Origin: Pseudomonas aeruginosa
GTDB taxonomy: Bacteria; Pseudomonadota; Gammaproteobacteria; Pseudomonadales; Pseudomonadaceae
Assembly (NCBI RefSeq): GCF_001457615.1
Contig: NZ_LN831024.1
Location: 1,080,001-1,112,000, forward strand
Direction of reading: 5' to 3'
Length of the DNA stretch: 32,000 nt
A program made the translations under genes and the position numbers. Under the pieces are notes generated by a model, which was not told where the DNA came from, made no database searches, and saw nothing but the letters and a program-made list of their open reading frames with translations. Each line of letters opens with the position of its first letter. Position 1 is the stretch's first letter. Shown in pieces: positions 17,028 through 26,626 of the stretch.

Positions 17028-19406
17028 TCAGGGCTTCCAGCGTCGCAGGAGCAGGGCGTTGCCGACCACGCTGACGCTGGAGAAGGCCATCGCCGCGCCC
17101 GCCACCATCGGGTTGAGCAGGCCGAAGGCCGCCAGCGGGATGCCGATCACGTTGTAGATGAAGGCCCAGAACAGGTTCTGGCGGATCTTCGCGTAGGTCC
17201 GCCGCGAGATGTCCAGCGCCGCCGGCACCAGGCGCGGGTCGCCGCGCATCAGGGTGATGCCGGCGGCGTGCATGGCCACGTCGGTGCCGCCACCCATGGC
17301 GATGCCGACGTCGGCAGCGGCCAGCGCCGGGGCGTCGTTGATGCCGTCGCCGACCATCGCCACCACCCGGCCCCGGCCTTTCAGCTCGGCGACCGTGGCG
17401 GCCTTGTCCGCCGGCAGCACTTCCGCGTGTACGTCGTCGATGCCCAGGGCCTTGGCCACCACCGCCGCGCTGCCGCGGTTGTCGCCGGTGATCAGGTGGC
17501 TGTGGATATCCCGTCCGCGCAGGGCCTCCACCGCTTCGGCGGCGCCGTCCTTGAGGCTGTCGCCGAAGGCGAACAGGCCGAGCACGCGTTTCTCCGGAGC
17601 CAGTTCCAGCAGCCAGGACAGGGTGCGGCCCTCGGCCTCCCAGTCCGCGGCGGCACTCGCCAGCGCGCCGGGCTTGAGTTCCTGCTCGTCGAGCAGGCGG
17701 CGGTTGCCCAAGGCCAGCCGCCGACCCTCGACCTCGCCCTGGATGCCGCGACCGCTGAGGGCCTGGCTGGCGTTCACCGGCGGAACCTCCAGGTCGCGCT
17801 CGGCGCAGCGCTCGAGCACGGCCTTGGCCAGCGGGTGCTCGCTGCCGCGTTGCAGAGCGCCGGCGAGCCTGAGCAGTTGCTCCTGGTCGTCGCCGCCGAG
17901 GTGGATGATCTGCGGTCGCCCGGAGGTCAGGGTGCCGGTCTTGTCGAAGGCCACGCTGGTGACCGCATGGGCGACTTCCAGGGACTCTGCGTCCTTGATC
18001 AGGATGCCGTGGCGCGCGGCCACGCCGGTGCCGGCCATGATCGCGGTCGGGGTGGCCAGGCCGAGGGCGCAGGGGCAGGCGATCACCAGCACCGCCACGG
18101 CGTTAACCAGGGCCTGCTCCAGGCCGACCCCGGCGACCAGCCAGGCGCCGAGGGTGACCAGCGCGATGAGGATCACCACCGGGACGAAGACCTGGCTGAC
18201 CTTGTCCACCAGCTTCTGGATCGGCGCCTTGGCGGCCTGGGCGTCTTCCACCAGGCGGATGATCTTCGCCAGCACCGTTTCCCCGCCGAGCGCAGTGGTG
18301 CGCAGGAGCAGGCGGCCTTCGCCGTTGATCGCGCCGCCGGTGACCTTGTCGCCGGGAGCCTTGGGCACCGGCAGGCTCTCGCCGGTGATCAGCGCCTCGT
18401 CGGCGTGGCTGCTGCCGTCGAGCACCTCGCCGTCCACCGGGAAGCGTTCGCCGGGACGCACCACCACCTCGTCGCCGAGGCGCAACTCGGCGATCGCCAC
18501 CTCTTCCTCGCGACCGTCGCGCAGGCGCACCGCGCGCTCCGGGCGCAACGCCTCGAGGGCGCGGATGGCGCTGGCGGTCTGGCGCTTGGCGCGGCTTTCC
18601 AGGTACTTGCCGAGGAGGATCAGGGCGATCACCACGGTGGAGGCTTCGAAGTAGAGGTGCGGCATGTGGCCGGGCGGGGCGGTCAGCCAGAGGTAGACGC
18701 TGAGGCCGTAGCCGGCGCTGGTGCCGAGGGCGACCAGCAGGTCCATGTTGCCGGCGCCGGCCTTCACCGCGCGCCAGGCGGAGACATAGAAGCGCGCGCC
18801 GATGACGAACTGCACCGGGGTCGCCAGGAGGAACTGTGCCCACGGCGGCAGCATCCAGTGCAGGCCGGCCCATTCCACCAGCATCGGCAGCACCAGCGGC
18901 AACGCCAGCACCAGCGCGGCGATAACCCACCAGCGTTCGCGGCGCAGGCGGCGCTCGGCATCGTCCTGGCGTGGTTGCCCCGCGTCGAGCAGGCGGGCCT
19001 TGTAGCCGGCCTGTTCCACCGCCTGCAGCAAGGCCTGGCTGTCCACTGCGCCGAGCAACTCGAGGTGGGCGCGCTCGCTGGCCAGGTTGACGCTGACCTC
19101 GCGTACGCCGGGCACCTTCTTCAGCGCCCGCTCGACCCGGCCGACGCAACTGGCGCAGGTCATGCCCTCGATGGACAGTTCCAGGCTGCGCGCCGGAACC
19201 TGGTAGCCGGCCTGCTCGACCGCCGCCACCAGGGCCGGCAGGCTGTCCGCCGGGGCCTGTACGCGGGCCTGCTCGCTGGCCAGGTTGACCGAGGCGGCCG
19301 CGACCCCGGGCACTTTCTTCAGGGCTCGTTCGACACGGCCGGCGCAGGACGCGCAAGTCATGCCGCTGACCGGCAGATCGAGCTCGGTTAGCGTGGCGCT
19401 GTTCAT
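17028..19406 (-). CDS. copA: P1B-type Cu(+)-translocating ATPase with two N-terminal HMA domains (792 aa)
   Basis: Two MTCASC motifs, [27 protein letters not shown] (CPC), [33 protein letters not shown]. Confidence 0.96.
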   Translation of the reverse strand: MNSATLTELDLPVSGMTCASCAGRVERALKKVPGVAAASVNLASEQARVQAPADSLPALVAAVEQAGYQVPARSLELSIEGMTCASCVGRVERALKKVPGVREVSVNLASERAHLELLGAVDSQALLQAVEQAGYKARLLDAGQPRQDDAERRLRRERWWVIAALVLALPLVLPMLVEWAGLHWMLPPWAQFLLATPVQFVIGARFYVSAWRAVKAGAGNMDLLVALGTSAGYGLSVYLWLTAPPGHMPHLYFEASTVVIALILLGKYLESRAKRQTASAIRALEALRPERAVRLRDGREEEVAIAELRLGDEVVVRPGERFPVDGEVLDGSSHADEALITGESLPVPKAPGDKVTGGAINGEGRLLLRTTALGGETVLAKIIRLVEDAQAAKAPIQKLVDKVSQVFVPVVILIALVTLGAWLVAGVGLEQALVNAVAVLVIACPCALGLATPTAIMAGTGVAARHGILIKDAESLEVAHAVTSVAFDKTGTLTSGRPQIIHLGGDDQEQLLRLAGALQRGSEHPLAKAVLERCAERDLEVPPVNASQALSGRGIQGEVEGRRLALGNRRLLDEQELKPGALASAAADWEAEGRTLSWLLELAPEKRVLGLFAFGDSLKDGAAEAVEALRGRDIHSHLITGDNRGSAAVVAKALGIDDVHAEVLPADKAATVAELKGRGRVVAMVGDGINDAPALAAADVGIAMGGGTDVAMHAAGITLMRGDPRLVPAALDISRRTYAKIRQNLFWAFIYNVIGIPLAAFGLLNPMVAGAAMAFSSVSVVGNALLLRRWKP

Positions 19407-19483
19407 GAGTCCTCCTTGGAATGGACAGAAGTGGCACCGCAGGCGCCCTGGGAGGCGCCGGTGAGATCTGTCGCCAGGTTCAG

Positions 19484-19506
19484 CCTTGACATCGTGTCAA
19501 GGTCAA
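19484..19506 (-). promoter_or_regulatory. CueR/MerR-type operator overlapping a -35 element upstream of copA
   Basis: Minus strand reads TTGACCTTGACACGATGTCAAGG; ccttgaca-cga-tgtcaagg is a perfect 8+3+8 dyad, about 80 bp upstream of the copA start. Confidence 0.8.
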
Positions 19507-19908
19507 GCCCCGGATTCATACAGGAAGGCGGCGCAGGGCGCAGTGGCGGCTTTATGTCGCAGGGGCAGGGGCAGGGGGAATGGCGCTGGAAAACCGTTGC
19601 GGCACGGAAAAGCGGAGGGTTTTCACAGGGGTGGGACCGATAACACTAGACCTCGCGAAGGGCTGCGCCAAGGTATTTCGTCGCTTGCGGAAAAAAAACC
19701 TGCTGATGACGAAAAGTACTTTTTACCGTCATATTTTTTGCGGTATTTGTGGAACCGTAGACCGCCGAACCCTGCAGCACAGGTGGCGGCCCCGGCCCTC
19801 ACCTCTGCTGTCAGGCTCTCCCCACCGGAAGAGAGAAGGCGGCTCGCCCCCCGGCGGAGCGCCGACCCGGCATTCCGTCGCCAGGCCCTTAGCAGAAGGT
19901 GATCGCGT

Positions 19909-21300
19909 ATGGATGACCACGGACGTTCCCGCCCCACCCAGCCCACCCTGTACGTCCTCGATACCAATGTCCTGATCCACGATCCGAATGCCCTGTTGAA
20001 CTTCCAGGAACACCGCGTCGCGATCCCGATGACGGTGCTCGAAGAGCTGGACAAGCTGAAGACCGGAAAGCACACCATCGCCGCCGAGTGCCGCCAGGCC
20101 ATCCGCCTGATCGACCAGGTACTCGGCGAGGCCACGCCCGAGCAGGTAGAGGGAGGGGTACCGATCCAGCGTGGCAAGAACGGCCCCAGCGGCAGCCTGT
20201 CGATCCTCATGAGCAAGCGTGCCGAGCCCATCACCTGGCTGCCGGAGCACCTCAACGACAACAAGATCATCAACCAGTTGGTCGAGCTGAAGAGCCGCCA
20301 CAGCGGCGTGCGCGTGGTGCTGGTGACCAAGGACATCAACATGCGCCTGAAGGCGCGCGCCTGCGGGGTGGACGCGGAGGACTACCACACCGACCAGTTG
20401 ATCGACGACGTGGCCCTGCTGTCGCGCGGCTACCATTCCCTCGCCGGCTCTTTCTGGGACCGCGTGAGCAAGGTCGAGACCCGCCAGGACCACGGCCGTA
20501 CCTGGCATCGCGTGCAGCTCACCGACAACCTGCCGGCGGTGCACATCAACGAGTTCATCGTCGACGAACAGGGCTTCGTCGGCTGGATCAAGGGCATCCA
20601 GCAGGACGAGCTGACCATCCTCGACCTGCACCAGGAGCCGCTCCTGCACCAGGAAGCCTGGGGCCTGCGGCCACGCGACGTGTACCAGTCGCTGGCGCTG
20701 TACGCGCTGCTCGACCCGGACATCCACCTGGTCAACCTGTCCGGTGCCGCCGGTTCCGGCAAGACCATCCTGGCGCTCGCCGCGGCCATCGAGCAGACCA
20801 TGGTCAGCAAGCGCTACCGGCGCATCATCGCCACCCGCAGCGTGCAGGGCCTGGACGAGGACATCGGCTTCCTGCCCGGCACCGAGGCGGAAAAGATGGA
20901 GCCCTGGCTCGGCGCCATCACCGACAACCTCGAAGCGCTGCACATGGACGACGAATGCACCCATGGCAGCGTCGACTACATCCTCAGCAAGGTGCCGTTG
21001 CAGTTCAAGTCGCTGAACTACATCCGCGGGCGCAGCTTCCAGCAGAGCCTGATCCTCATCGACGAATGCCAGAACCTCACGCCGCACCAGATGAAGACCA
21101 TCATCACCCGCGCCGGCAGCGGTTCGAAGGTGATCTGCCTGGGCAACCTGGCGCAGATCGACACGCCCTACCTGTCCGCCACCAGCTCCGGCCTGACCTA
21201 CCTCACCGAACGCTTCAAGGACTTCCCCCACGGCGTGCACGTGACCCTGCAAGGGGTGCCGCGCTCGGTGCTGGCGGAGTACGCCGAGGCGCACATGTGA
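19909..21300 (+). CDS. PhoH-family ATPase with N-terminal PIN domain (463 aa)
   Basis: LYVLDTNVLIHDPNALLNFQEH (PIN) and LVNLSGAAGSGKTILALAAAIEQT...FLPGTEAEKMEPWLGAITDNL...LILIDECQNLTPHQMKTIITRAGSGSKVICLGN (PhoH). Confidence 0.95.
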   Translation: MDDHGRSRPTQPTLYVLDTNVLIHDPNALLNFQEHRVAIPMTVLEELDKLKTGKHTIAAECRQAIRLIDQVLGEATPEQVEGGVPIQRGKNGPSGSLSILMSKRAEPITWLPEHLNDNKIINQLVELKSRHSGVRVVLVTKDINMRLKARACGVDAEDYHTDQLIDDVALLSRGYHSLAGSFWDRVSKVETRQDHGRTWHRVQLTDNLPAVHINEFIVDEQGFVGWIKGIQQDELTILDLHQEPLLHQEAWGLRPRDVYQSLALYALLDPDIHLVNLSGAAGSGKTILALAAAIEQTMVSKRYRRIIATRSVQGLDEDIGFLPGTEAEKMEPWLGAITDNLEALHMDDECTHGSVDYILSKVPLQFKSLNYIRGRSFQQSLILIDECQNLTPHQMKTIITRAGSGSKVICLGNLAQIDTPYLSATSSGLTYLTERFKDFPHGVHVTLQGVPRSVLAEYAEAHM

Positions 21301-21325
21301 AGTAGCCGGCGGCAATCGCCGGCCG

Positions 21326-21393
21326 ATATCCCGCCCGGTTGAAAAAGCCGGGCGGGATATACATCCTGCCAGGCCCGGTCCGGGGACCGGGCC
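21326..21393. terminator. Tandem strong hairpins between phoH-like gene and moaC (possible terminator/attenuator)
   Basis: atatcccgcccgg-ttgaaaaag-ccgggcgggatat (21326-21338/21348-21360) and ggcccggtcc-gg-ggaccgggcc (21372-21381/21384-21393); no clear U-tract. Confidence 0.5.
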
Positions 21394-21548
21394 CGCATCG
21401 TTACCCGATCGGGATGAGGCGCCTTGCGCCGGCCTGCCCTACCTCTTTATGTATACAATCATCCCCCTTCCGAACCTCCCCCAGGCATCGCGTCATGCCT
21501 TCCAGGGCTTACAATGACTGGCCAGTATCCTCTTCCAGGAGCACCCAC

Positions 21549-22031
21549 GTGCTGACCCATCTCGATTCCCAGGGCCGCGCCAACATGGTCGACGTCACGG
21601 AAAAGGCCGTGACCTCCCGTGAAGCCACGGCCGAGGCCGTGGTGCGCATGCGCCCGGAAACCCTGCAACTGATCCAGGACGGCGGCCATCCCAAGGGCGA
21701 CGTCTTCGCCGTGGCGCGGATCGCCGGCATCCAGGCGGCCAAGCGCACCCACGAACTGATCCCGCTGTGCCATCCGTTGTTGCTCACCAGCGTCAAGCTC
21801 GAACTGCAGGCCGAGGCGCCGGACGCCGTGCGCATCCGCGCGCGTTGCCGGCTGGCCGGGCAGACCGGCGTGGAGATGGAGGCGCTCACCGCCGCCAGCG
21901 TCGCGGCCCTGACCATCTACGACATGTGCAAGGCGGTGGACCGCGGGATGGTCATCGAGCAGGTCCAGTTGCTGGAGAAGCTCGGCGGCAAGAGCGGCCA
22001 CTACCGCAAAGAGGAGGAAGGGCAGGCATGA
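21549..22031 (+). CDS. moaC: Cyclic pyranopterin monophosphate synthase
   Basis: GTG start [29 protein letters not shown]...[37 protein letters not shown]...[28 protein letters not shown]. Confidence 0.95.
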   Translation: MLTHLDSQGRANMVDVTEKAVTSREATAEAVVRMRPETLQLIQDGGHPKGDVFAVARIAGIQAAKRTHELIPLCHPLLLTSVKLELQAEAPDAVRIRARCRLAGQTGVEMEALTAASVAALTIYDMCKAVDRGMVIEQVQLLEKLGGKSGHYRKEEEGQA

Positions 22032-22279
22032 TCCGCGTGCAGTATTTCGCCCGTTACCGCGAAGCCCTAGGCATCGACGGCGAGCAGTTGAACTGGGACG
22101 CCGGGCTGGCGACCCTCGGCGCCTTGCGCCAGCTCCTGGTGGAGCGCGGCGGGGCCTGGGAGCGTACCCTCGGCGAGCAGAACCTGATGTGTGCGCGCAA
22201 TCAGGAACTGTGCGGCCTCGACGAGCCGTTGCAGGACGGCGACGAAGTCGCCTTCTTCCCCACCGTCACCGGAGGTTGA
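22028..22279 (+). CDS. moaD: Molybdopterin synthase sulfur-carrier subunit
   Basis: 83 aa, [17 protein letters not shown]...[14 protein letters not shown] with terminal Gly-Gly; ATGA overlap with moaC stop. Confidence 0.95.
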   Translation: MIRVQYFARYREALGIDGEQLNWDAGLATLGALRQLLVERGGAWERTLGEQNLMCARNQELCGLDEPLQDGDEVAFFPTVTGG

Positions 22280-22283
22280 ACCC

Positions 22284-22736
22284 ATGGCCATCCGCGTCCA
22301 GCAGGCCGCTTTCGATCCGGGGCAGGAGCTTAACGCCCTGCATGCGCAGAACGTCGGCATCGGCGCGGTGGTCGGCTTCGTCGGCTACGTGCGCGACTTC
22401 AACGACGGTCGCGAGGTCGGCGGGATGTTCCTCGAACATTATCCGGGCATGACCGAGAAGGCCCTCGGCAAGATCGCCGCCGAGGCCGGGCAGCGCTGGC
22501 CGCTGCTGCGCCTGGAGATCCTCCACCGCATCGGCCGCCTGGAGCCGGGCGAGCCGATCGTCTTCGTCGGTTGCGCCAGCGCCCACCGGCAGGCGGCGTT
22601 CGACGCCTGCAACTTCGTCATGGACTACCTGAAGACCCGCGCGCCGTTCTGGAAGAAGGAAGACACCGCCGAAGGCCCGCGCTGGGTCGAAGGCCGCTGC
22701 AGCGACCAGGCCGCCGCGCAGCGCTGGGAGGAGTGA
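22284..22736 (+). CDS. moaE: Molybdopterin synthase catalytic subunit
   Basis: GAVVGFVGYVRDFNDGREVGGMFLEHYPGMTEKAL...HRIGRLEPGEPIVFVGCASAHRQAAFDACNFVMDYLKTRAPFWKKE. Confidence 0.96.
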   Translation: MAIRVQQAAFDPGQELNALHAQNVGIGAVVGFVGYVRDFNDGREVGGMFLEHYPGMTEKALGKIAAEAGQRWPLLRLEILHRIGRLEPGEPIVFVGCASAHRQAAFDACNFVMDYLKTRAPFWKKEDTAEGPRWVEGRCSDQAAAQRWEE

Positions 22737-22836
22737 CGTCTACCTCCTCGCGCCGCCGGCTTACCTCTTCGGAGGAATAGCCAGCCGGGGGCCCGCGGTT
22801 CAGGCTGAGGCATCGCCCGTTCCTAGGACCCCTTCC

Positions 22837-23394
22837 ATGAGCCACCTGGCCACCTCCACCTTCCAGCCGCTGAACATCGCCATCCTCACCGTCAGCGACA
22901 CCCGTACCCTGGAAACCGATACTTCCGGCCAGACCCTCGCCGACGCGCTGCTGGCCGCCGGTCATCGCCTGCACCAGCGGAGCCTGAAGACCGATGACAT
23001 CTACCAGATCCGCGCGGTGGTCTCGGCCTGGATCGCCGACCCCGAGGTACAGGTCGGCCTGATCACCGGCGGCACCGGCTTCACCGCGCGGGACAACACC
23101 CCGCAGGCGGTCGGGCCGCTGTTCGAGCGCGATGTCGAGGGCTTCGGCGAACTGTTCCGCCAGGTCTCGCAGCGCGAGATCGGCACTTCCACCATCCAGT
23201 CGCGGGCGCTGGCCGGGCTCAGCAACGGTACCCTGGTGTGCTGCCTGCCCGGCTCGCCGGGCGCCTGTCGCACCGCCTGGAACGAGATTCTCCTGGCGCA
23301 ACTGGACAGCCGCACCCGCCCGTGCAATTTCGTCCCGCACCTGAAGACCCCGCCAGCCGTGGCGCCGGTGGCCGGCTGCGGGTGCCGCTCGTGA
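22837..23394 (+). CDS. moaB: Molybdenum cofactor biosynthesis protein B (MogA/MoaB family)
   Basis: [27 protein letters not shown]...[76 protein letters not shown]. Confidence 0.95.
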   Translation: MSHLATSTFQPLNIAILTVSDTRTLETDTSGQTLADALLAAGHRLHQRSLKTDDIYQIRAVVSAWIADPEVQVGLITGGTGFTARDNTPQAVGPLFERDVEGFGELFRQVSQREIGTSTIQSRALAGLSNGTLVCCLPGSPGACRTAWNEILLAQLDSRTRPCNFVPHLKTPPAVAPVAGCGCRS

Positions 23395-24614
23395 GCGCTT
23401 GCGCCTGCGATGGCGGCCAACTGCGCCCGCTCGACGAGGCGCTGGCCGAACTGCTGGCGCGCGCGCCGCGCCCGCCAGCCTGCGAGAGCCTGGCCCTGGA
23501 GCGGGCGCTGGGACGAGTGCTCGGCGAGGACCTGCTGGCGCCGATGGACCTGCCGCATTGGGACAACAGCGCGATGGACGGCTACGCCTTGTGCTCCGCC
23601 GACCTGCCGCGCAGCGGCGGCAGCCTGACGGTCGGCGCGCGGATCGCCGCCGGCGACACCCGCGGCATGAGCCTGCCGCTGGGCCAGGCGGCGCGGATCT
23701 TCACCGGCGCGCCGCTGCCGACCGGCGCCGACTGCGTGGTGCCGCAGGAACTCTGCGTGGTCGACGGCGAGCGCGTGCAGTTGCCGCCGGTGAGCGCCGG
23801 CCAGCATGTGCGCCGGCGCGGCGAGGAGTTGCGTCGCGGCGCGCCGGTGCTGCGTGCCGGACAGCGCTTGCGCCCGCAGGAACTCGGCCTGCTGGCGAGT
23901 CTCGGCGTCGCCACGGTCTCGGTGCGTCGGCGCTTGCGCATCGGCCTGCTGAGCAGCGGCGACGAATTGCGCGAGCCCGGCCAGACACTGTTGGCCGGGC
24001 AGATCTACAACGCCAACCGTTACTGCATCGGCGCCTTGCTGCGCGGTCTCGGCTTCGAGGTGCACGACGAGGAAGTGCTGGCCGACGAACTGGTGGCCAG
24101 CCGCGATGCGCTCAGCCTGGCGGCCTCCGAATGGGACGCGCTGGTCACCAGCGGCGGTGTCTCGGTAGGCGAGGAAGACCACCTCAAGCGCGCCATCGCC
24201 GAGCTTGGCGAGGTCAACCTGTGGCGCCTGGCGATCCAGCCGGGCAAGCCGTTCGCCTTCGGCTCCGTGGCCGGCAAGCCCTGGCTGGGGCTGCCCGGCA
24301 ACCCTGCGGCGGCGCTGGTCACCGCATTACTGGTGGCGCGTCCGTTCCTGCTTCGCCAGCAGGGACTGTTCGACGTAGTGCCGCGGCCGCTGGCGTTGCC
24401 GGCGGCCTTCGACTGGCCGCAACCGCGGGCGCGTCGCCAGTACCTGCGGGCGCGGCTCGATGAACGGGGGCGGGTGGAAATCCACCCGCAGCAGGGCTCG
24501 GCGATGCTGCTTGCCGCCAGTTGGGCGGACGGGCTGGCGGTGATCGAGCGCGGCGCCACCCTGGGCGTGGGTGATGCGATCGACTTTCTGCCGTTCTCCG
24601 CACTGATGGCCTGA
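23391..24614 (+). CDS. moeA: Molybdopterin molybdenumtransferase
   Basis: GTG start overlapping moaB stop (gtga); [63 protein letters not shown]. Confidence 0.95.
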   Translation: MSACACDGGQLRPLDEALAELLARAPRPPACESLALERALGRVLGEDLLAPMDLPHWDNSAMDGYALCSADLPRSGGSLTVGARIAAGDTRGMSLPLGQAARIFTGAPLPTGADCVVPQELCVVDGERVQLPPVSAGQHVRRRGEELRRGAPVLRAGQRLRPQELGLLASLGVATVSVRRRLRIGLLSSGDELREPGQTLLAGQIYNANRYCIGALLRGLGFEVHDEEVLADELVASRDALSLAASEWDALVTSGGVSVGEEDHLKRAIAELGEVNLWRLAIQPGKPFAFGSVAGKPWLGLPGNPAAALVTALLVARPFLLRQQGLFDVVPRPLALPAAFDWPQPRARRQYLRARLDERGRVEIHPQQGSAMLLAASWADGLAVIERGATLGVGDAIDFLPFSALMA

Positions 24615-24621
24615 GGCCTTC

Positions 24622-24635
24622 TTGATCCCGGTCAA
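24622..24635. promoter_or_regulatory. Candidate Anr/Dnr (FNR-type) box upstream of ubiU
   Basis: TTGATcccgGTCAA versus TTGATnnnnATCAA (one mismatch), 93 bp upstream of the ATG at 24729. Confidence 0.7.
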
Positions 24636-24728
24636 GCGCCGACCGGGAGCGTCTTTCTAGAGTGTGGCGCCTGTGCCCCGGGGTTGCCCACTGCCGCGGA
24701 GCGCGTTTTTCGCCAGAGGAGCAACCCC

Positions 24729-25724
24729 ATGCAACTGGTCTGTCCGGCGGGCAGCCTGCCCGCCTTGAAGTCGGCCCTGCGACAGGGCGCCGATGCCATC
24801 TACGTCGGTTTCCGCGACGACACCAACGCCCGCCATTTCGCCGGCCTCAACCTTGACGAACGCCAGTTGCAGGAAGGCCTGCGGCGAGTCCACGAGGCCG
24901 GGCGGCAGCTCTACGTAGCGGTCAACACCTATTCCAGCGCGCAGGGCTGGGAGCGCTGGCAGCGCGCGGTGGACCAGGCCGCCGACCTCGGCGTCGATGC
25001 GTTGATCGCCGCCGACGTGGCGGTGCTCGGCTATGCCGCGAAGCGTCATCCGCGGCTCAACCTGCATCTGTCGGTGCAGGGCTCGGCAACCAATGCCGCG
25101 GCCCTGGCCCTCTATCACGAACGCTACGGCATCCGTCGCGCGGTCCTGCCCCGCGTGCTATCGCTGGCGCAGGTACGCCAGGTGGCGGCCGGTAGCCCGG
25201 TGCCGGTGGAGGTGTTCGCCTTCGGCAGCCTGTGCATCATGGCCGAGGGCCGCTGCCACCTGTCCTCCTACGTCACCGGCGAGTCGCCGAACCTCTGCGG
25301 CGTCTGTTCGCCGGCCAGGGCGGTGCGCTGGAGCGAGGAACCGGAGGGGTTGACCTCGCGCCTCAACGAAGTGCTCATCGACCGCTACGCCGCCGGCGAG
25401 GCGGCCGGCTACCCGACCCTCTGCAAGGGCCGTTTCCTGGTCAATGGCCAGCGCTTCCATGCGCTGGAGGAACCGACCAGCCTGAACACCCTGGACCTGG
25501 TCCCGCAGCTGGCGGAAATCGGCGTGGCGGCGGTGAAGATCGAAGGCCGCCAGCGCAGCCCGGCCTACGTCGAGCAGGTCACCCGGGTCTGGCGCCAGGC
25601 GCTGGACAGCTACGCCAGCGCGCCGGGCGCCTATAGCGTGCAGCCGCAATGGCAGCGCGCGCTGGCCGGACTTTCCGAAGGGCACCAGACCACCCTGGGC
25701 GCCTATCACCGTTCCTGGCAGTGA
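24729..25724 (+). CDS. ubiU: U32-family protein, O2-independent ubiquinone biosynthesis hydroxylation component UbiU
   Basis: MQLVCPAGSLPALKSALRQGADAIYVGFRDDTNARHFAGLN...; cysteine signature CIMAEGRCHLSSYVTGESPNLCGVCSPAR...TLCKGRF. Confidence 0.9.
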   Translation: MQLVCPAGSLPALKSALRQGADAIYVGFRDDTNARHFAGLNLDERQLQEGLRRVHEAGRQLYVAVNTYSSAQGWERWQRAVDQAADLGVDALIAADVAVLGYAAKRHPRLNLHLSVQGSATNAAALALYHERYGIRRAVLPRVLSLAQVRQVAAGSPVPVEVFAFGSLCIMAEGRCHLSSYVTGESPNLCGVCSPARAVRWSEEPEGLTSRLNEVLIDRYAAGEAAGYPTLCKGRFLVNGQRFHALEEPTSLNTLDLVPQLAEIGVAAVKIEGRQRSPAYVEQVTRVWRQALDSYASAPGAYSVQPQWQRALAGLSEGHQTTLGAYHRSWQ

Positions 25725-25735
25725 GGACCGCCGCG

Positions 25736-26626
25736 ATGAAACTGAGCCTGGGACCGCTGCTGTTCTACTGGGACAAGCGGCAGATATTCGATTTCTACGC
25801 CGAGATGGCCAGCCAGCCGCTCGACGTCATCTACCTCGGCGAGACCGTCTGCGCCAAGCGCCGGGCGCTGTCCCTGAATGACTGGCAGGCGCTGGCCCGC
25901 GAGCTGGCGCAGGCGACCCGTGCCGAGCTGGTGCTCTCCGGGCTGGCGCTGATCGAGGCCGCTTCGGAGCTGTCCAGCCTGCGCCGGCTATGCGAGAACG
26001 GCGAACTCCGGGTCGAGGCCAACGACATGGCCGCCGTCTATTACCTCAGCCAGCGCGGCGTGCCCTTTGTCGGCGGTCCGGCGCTGAACCTCTACAACGG
26101 TCATGCCCTGGCCGAACTGTATTCCTGGGGTATGCGCCGCTGGATTCCGCCGGTGGAAGTCTCCGGCAAGCTGCTGCGCGGGGTGCTCGACCAGGCTGCG
26201 CAGCTGGGCCTGGAGCAATTGCAGACCGAGGTCTTCGCCTACGGTCACCTGCCGCTGGCCTACTCGGCGCGCTGCTTCACCGCGCGGGCGGAGAACCGGC
26301 CCAAGGACGACTGCCAGTTCTGCTGCCAGCAGTATCCCGAAGGTATCCCGCTGCTCAGCCAGGAGGGCGAGGCGCTGTTCACCCTCAACGGCATCCAGAC
26401 CATGTCCGGCAAGGTCAGCAACCTGCTGGCCGACTACCGCTCGCTGGAACATAGCGGCGCCGACCTGCTACGCCTGAGTCCTCGGGCGCAGGGCATGGCC
26501 GAGGTGATCGCGGCCTTCGACCGGGTACGCAAGGGTGCCGCTCCGCCGCTCGCTGTGGAAGGCTGCAACGGCTACTGGCACGGCCGGCCGGGGATGCTGC
26601 GGGCAGAGGAGGCAGGGCTATGCTGA
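25736..26626 (+). CDS. ubiV: U32-family protein UbiV, partner of UbiU
   Basis: MKLSLGPLLFYWDKRQIFDFYAEMASQPLDVIYLGETVCAKRR...; SARCFTARAENRPKDDCQFCCQQY Cys cluster. ATG at 25736; track ORF opens at 25649. Confidence 0.9.
   Translation: MKLSLGPLLFYWDKRQIFDFYAEMASQPLDVIYLGETVCAKRRALSLNDWQALARELAQATRAELVLSGLALIEAASELSSLRRLCENGELRVEANDMAAVYYLSQRGVPFVGGPALNLYNGHALAELYSWGMRRWIPPVEVSGKLLRGVLDQAAQLGLEQLQTEVFAYGHLPLAYSARCFTARAENRPKDDCQFCCQQYPEGIPLLSQEGEALFTLNGIQTMSGKVSNLLADYRSLEHSGADLLRLSPRAQGMAEVIAAFDRVRKGAAPPLAVEGCNGYWHGRPGMLRAEEAGLC

Noticed and set aside
14386-17157. 923-aa plus-strand ORF in another frame overlapping the MalT-like regulator
   Set aside because: Proline/arginine-rich out-of-frame translation; the frame 14369-16996 contains Walker A and the LuxR HTH. 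It is not the product of a simple frameshift of that gene since the domain motifs are continuous in one frame.
17268-19391. 707-aa plus-strand ORF antisense to copA
   Set aside because: copA has all P1B ATPase motifs on the minus strand; the plus ORF has none.
19486-19902. 138-aa ORF between copA and the PhoH-like gene
   Set aside because: Overlaps the copA promoter/operator region and has no recognisable motif or clear RBS; treated as non-coding leader.
21400-21548. Molybdenum-cofactor riboswitch upstream of moaC
   Set aside because: I could not identify the multi-stem Moco aptamer pattern by eye; only two simple hairpins lie further upstream. A covariance-model scan would be needed.
24729-26626. 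Annotation of the two U32 proteins as collagenase-like proteases
   Set aside because: The paired arrangement with an SCP2 protein and the Cys-cluster signatures fit UbiU/UbiV rather than peptidases.
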